DNA from: Bacteroidales bacterium
Lineage (GTDB): Bacteria > Bacteroidota > Bacteroidia > Bacteroidales > UBA12077
Reading direction: 5' to 3'
Assembly (NCBI GenBank): GCA_028282585.1
Contig: JANQHR010000059.1
Location: forward strand, 1 to 23,899
DNA: 23,899 nt
This document shows, piece by piece, positions 17,151 through 23,899 of this stretch. The first letter of the stretch is position 1; every line of letters starts with the position of its first letter. The translations under genes and the position numbers were made by a program. The notes beneath the pieces are model-generated. The model saw only the letters and a list, made by a program, of their open reading frames with translations, searched no databases and was not told the DNA's origin.

Positions 17151-17780
17151 TTAATTACTTAAATAATCTGCAATTCCCTCTTGAGTTGGTTTCAAAGCTT
17201 TGTCACCTTTTTTCCAATTTGCCGGACAAACTTCACCATTTTCTTCAAAATATTGCAATGCATCAATCATTCTTAAAGCTTCGTCAACACTTCTACCTAA
17301 TGGCATGTCATTAACAACTTGATGCCTTACAACTCCTTCTCTATCAATTAAAAAAAGACCTCTGTATGATTGAGGTACTCCATGAAAAATACTGTCGCCA
17401 TTTTCAGCATAATCATAATGGCCTGCTAATACATCATAATTTTCTGAAATTGTTTTAGATAAATCTGCCACAAGTGGGTATTTTACTCCCTTAATTCCTC
17501 CATCATTTAATTCAGTTTGTAACCATTTCCAGTGCGAGAATGCAGAATCAACTGAGCACCCAACAACTGCTGCATTTCTGGCCTCAAATTCTTTCATTTT
17601 ATCTTGGAACGCAAGAATTTCTGTGGGACAAACAAATGTGAAATCGGCTGGATAGAAAAAGAATAATACATATTTTTTACCCAGATATTGTTCTAACGAA
17701 AAGTTTTCAACTATTTCATTACCATTAATAACAGCATCCATTCTGAAAATCGGTGCTTTTTTTCCTACTAATACTGACAT
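17151..17780 (-). CDS. ahpC: Typical 2-Cys peroxiredoxin (AhpC/Prx1)
   Basis: FYPADFTFVCPTE (peroxidatic Cys), GRSVDEALR, GEVCPANW (resolving Cys). Confidence 0.95.
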   Translation of the reverse strand: MSVLVGKKAPIFRMDAVINGNEIVENFSLEQYLGKKYVLFFFYPADFTFVCPTEILAFQDKMKEFEARNAAVVGCSVDSAFSHWKWLQTELNDGGIKGVKYPLVADLSKTISENYDVLAGHYDYAENGDSIFHGVPQSYRGLFLIDREGVVRHQVVNDMPLGRSVDEALRMIDALQYFEENGEVCPANWKKGDKALKPTQEGIADYLSN

Positions 17781-17875
17781 AAAATTTAATTTTTAATGAT
17801 TTGAATTAATTTATCGAATAAAACAAAGAGCATATTCCTTTGTTCAATAAAATTACTTAGAACGAATAAAAATAA

Positions 17876-19768
17876 TTATTCGTAATTGACAATATTTGGT
17901 TGGGTTGGTTCAAAATTTATTGGACCACGTGAATTCTCACCTGAAATGAAGATATTAAAATGATTCATATCTTCCGGAATTACCGGATAATATGCTAAGC
18001 GAAGCTGGAAAGTTTTAAATACAAGGTTTTCATTTCTCACTCTTACTCCTAAACCTATACCTGAGTATAGTTGATTATTGAATATTGCTTTATTTTCCGG
18101 TCCAATAAAACCTAAATCTCCAAAACCTAAGAATAAGAATCTGAAATTATAGAGGTAGATGTTCGAAAATACAACTACTTCCGAATGAAAGGATAATTTT
18201 TGAAAACCATACAAGTAATCGCTGGATAAACCCCAAATATCATCATCATCAAAATAAATCTTTTCATCACTGAATCGATTAATTCCTCTTGTATAGTTGA
18301 AGCTAAGAAATTCACGAAGTTTTAATCGGTTGTAATAATGTAAGTTACTAATGGCTTGACCAGAAAAGTTGATAACACCCTGTTCTAATTTCTTTTGGTA
18401 AAACAAACCTCCAAATTCGGCATGAAAATTTAAATATCCTATTTTAGGGTAGTATATACCTCTTGATAATCTTAATCCAAAATAAGGTCTTTTAAAAAAC
18501 TCGCCTTTTTCTAAACCAAGATTTAACTGGGCAAGGCATCCAATAGGAATATCTTCTGTGGTACCGAATCCATATATCAAGTTTGATTTAAAGTAACGTT
18601 GACGTGAAAATGCAAAACTTCCGAGAAGCATTTGATTATCTTGATATTGAAAATTGTAACGTTCACTAACTTCAGGCCCTTTACGGAAATTGTTATTTAT
18701 ATATCTAAGTCCGAAAACTAGTCTCGTCTTGTTCGTAAATTGCCAATCTTTTGTTCCAATTAAAAATGCTTTTCCCAACCAGATATCTTGTGTTGCATAA
18801 TTTAATCTAACATCATTTAAGGTTGTATCAGTTTTTTTTATGTCTTTCAGTGTAGAGTTTTGATAAATCTTAAATCCTCCAGCCCATTTTGTCTTATAGT
18901 TATAAAAATTGCGAGAAAGTTCTAAGCCAACTCTTTCCGTTTCAAATGCTTTAGTATAATTGATATTCGATTGAATAAAAGAACCTGCTATATTATTTAT
19001 TGTATAGTTGAATTCATATCCGGAAGGAGGGTCTTCAGTAGTATTAACAAATATGCTTCCTTGAAATTTGTGTCCAACACCTGCTAAATTATTTTCATAA
19101 ATTTCTATGATTCCTGATTCTAAATCCTTTAAATCTACGTAAAAACCTGCTGAATATACGTCTTTTGTAACTATAAGAACATCAACATGACTTGGGTATT
19201 CTGGGATTTCAGCGATTTGTATAGAGGCATTTTTGAGATAGTTTAGAGAACGCAATAGTCTTTCATTATCGGTCAATAGGGCTGGATCTATCGAATCACC
19301 TTCTGCGAAAAATAAGTTATTTCTTATAATAAATTCACGTGTTTTAACATGCGTACTGTTGCCAAATTTATCAAGCCATTTGTTACTGACGCCAGAAGTA
19401 TCAGTAAAAGTAGGTCCAAACACATCAAGTTTTAAAATCTCAATATTACGTATTATTTTTCCTCGATATAGGTTATAGTATTCCTCGTTTCTAACATCTT
19501 CAATACCAATGTATTTTCCTGATTTAGGTTCATTTACTAACAATAATCCCAAAGCGGCTTTGGTAATATTATTTCTCGAAGCAATTGTGTATAAGGTATC
19601 GTAAAATTGATCGGACTTAATCTGATTGCTTATATAAATGCTATCTTTAAAATCCTTTTTTGCAATAGTGTCTGAAATATCACTTTTAGTAATATTTATT
19701 TGTGCATATAAATTGAAAGGGACAACAATCAGGAATGCAAAACAATATTTCAGAAATGTAAATTTCAT
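17876..19768 (-). CDS. Outer-membrane protein, probably Omp85/BamA-TamA superfamily (single POTRA-like domain plus beta-barrel)
   Basis: Signal peptide ending LYAQ. IIRNIEI..KTREFIIRNNLFFAEGD..DNERLLRSL..VDVLIVTKD (POTRA-like), ENNLAGVGH barrel-start motif, and a C-terminal FGDLG..SGIGLGVR. Confidence 0.72.
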   Translation of the reverse strand: MKFTFLKYCFAFLIVVPFNLYAQINITKSDISDTIAKKDFKDSIYISNQIKSDQFYDTLYTIASRNNITKAALGLLLVNEPKSGKYIGIEDVRNEEYYNLYRGKIIRNIEILKLDVFGPTFTDTSGVSNKWLDKFGNSTHVKTREFIIRNNLFFAEGDSIDPALLTDNERLLRSLNYLKNASIQIAEIPEYPSHVDVLIVTKDVYSAGFYVDLKDLESGIIEIYENNLAGVGHKFQGSIFVNTTEDPPSGYEFNYTINNIAGSFIQSNINYTKAFETERVGLELSRNFYNYKTKWAGGFKIYQNSTLKDIKKTDTTLNDVRLNYATQDIWLGKAFLIGTKDWQFTNKTRLVFGLRYINNNFRKGPEVSERYNFQYQDNQMLLGSFAFSRQRYFKSNLIYGFGTTEDIPIGCLAQLNLGLEKGEFFKRPYFGLRLSRGIYYPKIGYLNFHAEFGGLFYQKKLEQGVINFSGQAISNLHYYNRLKLREFLSFNYTRGINRFSDEKIYFDDDDIWGLSSDYLYGFQKLSFHSEVVVFSNIYLYNFRFLFLGFGDLGFIGPENKAIFNNQLYSGIGLGVRVRNENLVFKTFQLRLAYYPVIPEDMNHFNIFISGENSRGPINFEPTQPNIVNYE

Positions 19769-19775
19769 TTGCCAA

Positions 19776-19823
19776 TATATAAAAAAAGGTTCAATAAATA
19801 TTTATTGAACCTTTTTTTATATA
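19776..19823. terminator. 48-bp perfect palindrome, probable terminator after the peptidase gene
   Basis: TATATAAAAAAAGGTTCAATAAAT|ATTTATTGAACCTTTTTTTATATA, 24+24 bp with no spacer and A7/T7 tracts. Confidence 0.8.
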
Positions 19824-19833
19824 AAATATTGCC

Positions 19834-21480
19834 TTAGTTCAAGCCAAGAAGTTGTTTTCCTTGTTTGAACCTTATATCTCTTGGTATTCCAGCTTCATTT
19901 ATTCTATCAAGGTCAGCTTGAAGTTGTTCTTTAATAACACCTAATTCCTCTACCATCTTTTTAGCAGCGTTATAATCTCCATTACCTTGTATAACTAATA
20001 TTTTCTCTCCAAGAGAATTCATTGCTTCTGTCATTTTATCAAAATCAACTTTGTAAGTTCCGGTTGTTTCATCTCTGGTAAATGCTTCTTGTTCCGCAAA
20101 ATAATTAAATCTAACCATATTTGCTTTCCCATGAGAACTTGCCGCTCCAAAACGAATTGATCTAAATAATCCAGCCATAAAGGTTACATAATTATCCATT
20201 AAATCTTTTTCACCTAGTTCGCCCATTTCCGCTAACTTAACAACCATGTATAAACCTAAAATATCAGCTTTACCTTCTTCTAAAGCGCTGTACTGTTCCT
20301 TAATTGCTTCACGAACAGTTCCCTTACCGTTAATAGTATTTTTTATGCCTAATCCATGGGCAACTTCATGGAACATGGTGTTTTCAAAAAATGCATCAAA
20401 TTTTACATGTTGACGTTGTTCTTCATTAATAAGCATGTTGCTTATTGGAACAAGAATTTTATCAAACTTATATCTCATTGAGTTTTTAAGTTGTAATTTT
20501 CTGCTTCCCTTTTCTAAATGAACCCTTTCGTCATTAGGAAGGTTAATAGCTATTGTCTTACTCCCGGCATTACAATCACCTGCATAATATACGGCATCAT
20601 AAGCGCCTAAATCAGAGTCGCTTCCGGGAATTTCAGCTTTGTATTCATCCGCAACTGGTAAACTTTTTTGAAGCTCGGGCAACAAAGCTGCGAATTTGGT
20701 AAGTTTTTCACTCCATTCAAGGTCTTTTATTAAGATAAATGCTTCGTGTGCGGCCTTATAACCGTATAAGGCATCCTCGTAATTTTCAATAGGACCAACT
20801 ATGAAATCGATTTTATTATTCTTCATGCTCATCCAAGCTAAATCACTTTCTAAGTAATCATCTGTTGCTAAGGCTTCTATTCTTAATTCTAAATAATTTT
20901 TAAAACCTTCATCCTCTGCTAATTCAGCAGCTTTTTTAATTAGTTCAATTGCCTTGTTTGTTTCTTCAGCAAAAGCATTATGATAAGGAACTGTATACAG
21001 TTTTCCGTTTTCATCTCGTTTTACTAAAGTGTATAAGCTAGTTTTGTCTTCAGCTTCTAATGCTTCAAACTCTTCTTTTGTCATATCCGTAGGGTAGAAT
21101 TGAGCTCCTGCAGGTTTTTCGCCAATATCTGCTAAAAATGGTTTATTATCATTTAATCTTTCCCAAGGACCATAATTAATTTTAACAAACTCTTTAGCAG
21201 CTTGGTCATCAAGGCTTGCTAAGAGAGCTTCTTTGTCACCATATGCCTGTTTCCAAAAAATATCATCCATTAATTTTGCAGCTTCAAATAAATAACCTAA
21301 CATTTCTTTTTGATTGCCAGATAAATGACTTATGTCAGAAGTAAGCTCAACTTCTACAAATTCATCCACCTTTTTTTGAAGTTCGCTATCCGTTTTCATT
21401 TCTTTAGTTTGATTTCCACATCCGGTAAAAATTGCCATCGACAAAATTGCCAGAATAAGATTTGATAATTTTTGTTTCAT
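19834..21480 (-). CDS. Peptidase family M49 (dipeptidyl-peptidase III-like) zinc metallopeptidase, lipoprotein
   Basis: Lipobox IFTGC, NYGPW, GAQFYP, GPIENYED, AINLPND..GSR, HEVAHG, and LEEGKAD (EExKAD). Confidence 0.88.
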   Translation of the reverse strand: MKQKLSNLILAILSMAIFTGCGNQTKEMKTDSELQKKVDEFVEVELTSDISHLSGNQKEMLGYLFEAAKLMDDIFWKQAYGDKEALLASLDDQAAKEFVKINYGPWERLNDNKPFLADIGEKPAGAQFYPTDMTKEEFEALEAEDKTSLYTLVKRDENGKLYTVPYHNAFAEETNKAIELIKKAAELAEDEGFKNYLELRIEALATDDYLESDLAWMSMKNNKIDFIVGPIENYEDALYGYKAAHEAFILIKDLEWSEKLTKFAALLPELQKSLPVADEYKAEIPGSDSDLGAYDAVYYAGDCNAGSKTIAINLPNDERVHLEKGSRKLQLKNSMRYKFDKILVPISNMLINEEQRQHVKFDAFFENTMFHEVAHGLGIKNTINGKGTVREAIKEQYSALEEGKADILGLYMVVKLAEMGELGEKDLMDNYVTFMAGLFRSIRFGAASSHGKANMVRFNYFAEQEAFTRDETTGTYKVDFDKMTEAMNSLGEKILVIQGNGDYNAAKKMVEELGVIKEQLQADLDRINEAGIPRDIRFKQGKQLLGLN

Positions 21481-21606
21481 AGTATTTAATTTTAGAGTTT
21501 TTAGAATGAATAATGAATGCGCAATTTATAATATTGACATTAGATTTCATAATATTTATAAAGTTTAAATAAGTAGAAAAGATTTAGGTAATACATTAAT
21601 AAACTA

Positions 21607-22086
21607 TTATAAAGATTTCATTTTTTCTGCAAATGCTTTAATATTAGAATAATTAATTTTAGAAACACTCTCCTCAATATTTGCTACTTTTTTAATAATA
21701 GCTTTTTCAAAAAGGTTCATTTTCTCAATTGCTAATTCGCCACCGAAAAATCCGTGTGCTTTAGTCTTATTTCTAAGTGCTTCCGGAAAAGCATTTCGAA
21801 ATTGGTCCAAGGCTTGATCTCCCTCAAACATGCAACAGATGAAAAGGCCTAATTCTTTTTGTAAAAGAATATCGAGGTTTTTTTCCATAAAACCGAATAG
21901 TTTTTTATTTATAGTGCCGGCATGGATAGAACCACCTAATATTATTGAATCGTAATCATTAATATTTATGATCTTATCATTCTCAATATTAAAAAGTACT
22001 GTATTATCGTCAAGATTATTAGCTAATGTATGTACGCATTTATCAGTACAACCGTGTTTTGTAGCATATATGATTGCAAATTTCAT
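21607..22086 (-). CDS. Flavodoxin-domain protein (HemG/Flavodoxin_5-like)
   Basis: IYATKHGCT, YDSIILGGSIHAG, LGLFICC, FGGEL..MNLFEKAIIKKV. Confidence 0.8.
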   Translation of the reverse strand: MKFAIIYATKHGCTDKCVHTLANNLDDNTVLFNIENDKIININDYDSIILGGSIHAGTINKKLFGFMEKNLDILLQKELGLFICCMFEGDQALDQFRNAFPEALRNKTKAHGFFGGELAIEKMNLFEKAIIKKVANIEESVSKINYSNIKAFAEKMKSL

Positions 22087-22146
22087 GATATAATAATTTA
22101 AAGAGGGAATAAATATAGATTTAATTTGGAAACTTAACCAATTTAG

Positions 22147-22656
22147 TTAATTCATATCTGTTTTTAAAATCTCCGTCCAAAGGGCTATTCGTAATTTATT
22201 TTGTTCTTCTTCAGAATCATCGTCAAGGGGTAAGCCAACAAATTTATCACCAAATATTGATAAAGATGAAACAAATCCATAACCTTCAGTAGGAAATTCA
22301 CCAACAAAAATAACTCCTTTGCCTTCCAGTGCTTCAAAAATAATACCTATTGAATCGACAAATGACTTAGGGTAAACTGCAGAGTCACCAGTACCAAATA
22401 TGGCAATTTTTTTACCTTTTAAGTTTGCAAACTTTAATATATCATAAAGAAATCTTTCAAAATCAACCTGAAGAATTCCTTCTCCCCAAGTTGAAGAACC
22501 CAAAATAATATTTTCATATTTCTCAACATCGCTAATTTTAACATATTTTACATCATAAATATCGACGAGTCCTGGTTCTAGATTGTTTTTAATATTTTCT
22601 GCAATTTTTTTGGTATTACCTGTTGATGAGCCGTAGAATATTCCAATAGGTTTCAT
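22147..22656 (-). CDS. Long-chain flavodoxin (FldA-like)
   Basis: IFYGSSTGNT, LGSSTWGEG, AIFGTGDS..Y..SFVD, and the long-chain insert GYGFVSS..FVGLPLD. Confidence 0.9.
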   Translation of the reverse strand: MKPIGIFYGSSTGNTKKIAENIKNNLEPGLVDIYDVKYVKISDVEKYENIILGSSTWGEGILQVDFERFLYDILKFANLKGKKIAIFGTGDSAVYPKSFVDSIGIIFEALEGKGVIFVGEFPTEGYGFVSSLSIFGDKFVGLPLDDDSEEEQNKLRIALWTEILKTDMN

Positions 22657-22735
22657 TAAAGTTAGTTAGATTATATGCTTAATTAATAAATTGATAACAA
22701 ATTAATTTTAAAGATGTTTAATAAGTAGGTAAATA

Positions 22736-23439
22736 TTAAATAACATTTGTTTTGTATTTTTTACTTCTTACTCGCATGTTCAAAATTCAACAGATAACTA
22801 AAAAATACAGCTAAATAAATACATCTTCCAGGTAAATGCGCATTGATAGGTTCCAGAATTAAAATAAAACTTATTAAAATCAAAAACGATAATGCAAGCA
22901 TCTGTAAAGTTGGGTTATTTTTGATAAATTTGCTTATTGCACCAGCCAGGAGCCTGCGCCATGATTCTAATAGTAATAATCTTAATTAATAGATGATCGG
23001 TCGTACCAAATGCTTTTAAAATTGAATCACAAGAAAATATCATATCTAAAATCACAATTTGCAATATTACTCCAAACATACCATAAACTTTTTTGATTTC
23101 TTTCTTTTCATTGTCACTTTACAATTTTGTTGCATATTTCTAAATTACTTTTAGCTAAAGGAAACATTCTATTTAAAACTAAATCAGATCCCTTCCACCA
23201 ATTTCATAAAATAAAACAGACAATAATGATTCTGGGAAACTAATATTCCAATTAATATTATAATCCTTGAAATTTGGGCAGTTGCCAATTCAAGGTTGCG
23301 TGTTCCAACTGCTTATTTTCTGGAAGTTTTCCTGAAACAAACTAAATGAAAATTTCGGACAATTAATACCTTATTCAATTTCAATAAAGGTAAAGTTTTT
23401 AAAACAATCTGGATTTCAAAAGTAAAAAAACTCTGTTAT
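22736..23439 (-). pseudogene. Decayed TerC-family integral membrane protein gene
   Basis: Minus-strand fragments in shifting frames and in the expected order: FTFIEIE*GIN, FVSGKLPENKQ, LAKSNLEICNKI, FGVILQIVILDMIFSCDSILKAFG, NPTLQMLALSFLILISFILILE..IYLAVFFS, LNMRVR. Multiple frameshifts and stops; the probable start codon now reads ATA. Boundaries approximate. Confidence 0.85.
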
Positions 23440-23499
23440 TTTATGTTTTATGAACTAAGCTTTAGTAATTTAGTCTGTGATAAAATAATTGCAAGTGTA

Positions 23500-23899
23500 A
23501 TGAAAATTTTATTAACCGGAGCTAATGGTTACATCGGAAAAAGGTTGCTACAGGAGTTGCATCAAGGAGGACATTATGTAATATGTTGTGTTAGAGATAA
23601 ACGACGATTTAATGTAAATAAGTTTAAACAGAATGTCGAAGTTGTGGAAATTGATTTTGAAAACTTGGCTCAGAACGCAAAGTTAATTGTTAAAGTTGAT
23701 GTGGCTTATTACCTGATTCATAGCATGGGAAAATCAATCGGTAAATTTTCTGATATTGAATCCAAAACTGCGGGTAATTTTATAAAATATGTAAGGTCGA
23801 CTGGAGTTAAACAAGTAATTTATTTAAGTGGTATAGTAAATAGCGAATCTTTATCAGAACATCTTTCATCAAGACAAAACGTTGAAAACATTTTAAAAT
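23500..23899 (+). CDS. NAD(P)-binding atypical SDR, YbjT-like oxidoreductase/epimerase (partial; runs off the right edge)
   Basis: Not in the ORF track. From ATG 23500: MKILLTGANGYIGKRLL..VICCVRD..VDVAYYLIHSMG..GVKQVIYLSGI..LSEHLSSRQNVENIL, open to the window end. Confidence 0.9.
   Translation, partial: MKILLTGANGYIGKRLLQELHQGGHYVICCVRDKRRFNVNKFKQNVEVVEIDFENLAQNAKLIVKVDVAYYLIHSMGKSIGKFSDIESKTAGNFIKYVRSTGVKQVIYLSGIVNSESLSEHLSSRQNVENILK

Noticed and set aside
21553-21571. Inverted repeat TATTTA-N7-TAAATA upstream of the peptidase
   Set aside because: Short and all A/T, so likely chance.
22688-22706. Fur-box-like AATTGATAACAAATTAATT upstream of the flavodoxin
   Set aside because: Only one half-site resembles TGATAAT, and such matches are expected in very AT-rich DNA.
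1-23899. CRISPR arrays, tRNA/rRNA genes, IS elements, prophage or defence genes
   Set aside because: No repeat-spacer arrays, cloverleaf or rRNA signatures, or transposase, integrase or nuclease motifs seen by eye. Small structured RNAs cannot be excluded without an Infernal/Rfam search.

Overview
AT-rich chromosomal window, very probably from a Bacteroidota (Bacteroidales-like) genome, judged from the TonB-dependent receptor, lipoproteins with acidic residues after the lipobox Cys, TAnnTTTG promoter elements and the long PiT form. Left (1-8000): a probable phosphate-response cluster with a TonB-dependent receptor (runs off the left edge), a very acidic non-SusD surface lipoprotein, a divergent OmpR/PhoB-family response regulator with no adjacent kinase, and a PiT-family phosphate transporter. 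Two of its promoter regions share a candidate operator, TGTTAACT-N3-TATTAAT. Middle: a tight operon of SiaB-like kinase, SiaC-like protein, SDR and VOC enzyme with no SiaA or SiaD, then an unknown lipoprotein, an intergenic direct-repeat/promoter module with no gene downstream, and a soluble PAS-PAS histidine kinase. Right: tilS, pabB, ahpC, an Omp85-like protein, an M49 peptidase, two flavodoxin-fold genes, a heavily decayed TerC-family pseudogene and a YbjT-like oxidoreductase (runs off the right edge). I saw no rRNA, tRNA, CRISPR array or mobile element. All family calls come from motif recognition by eye, not database searches. The best candidates for under-described biology are the lipoprotein-TBDR-PhoB-PiT cluster and the SiaBC-SDR-VOC operon.
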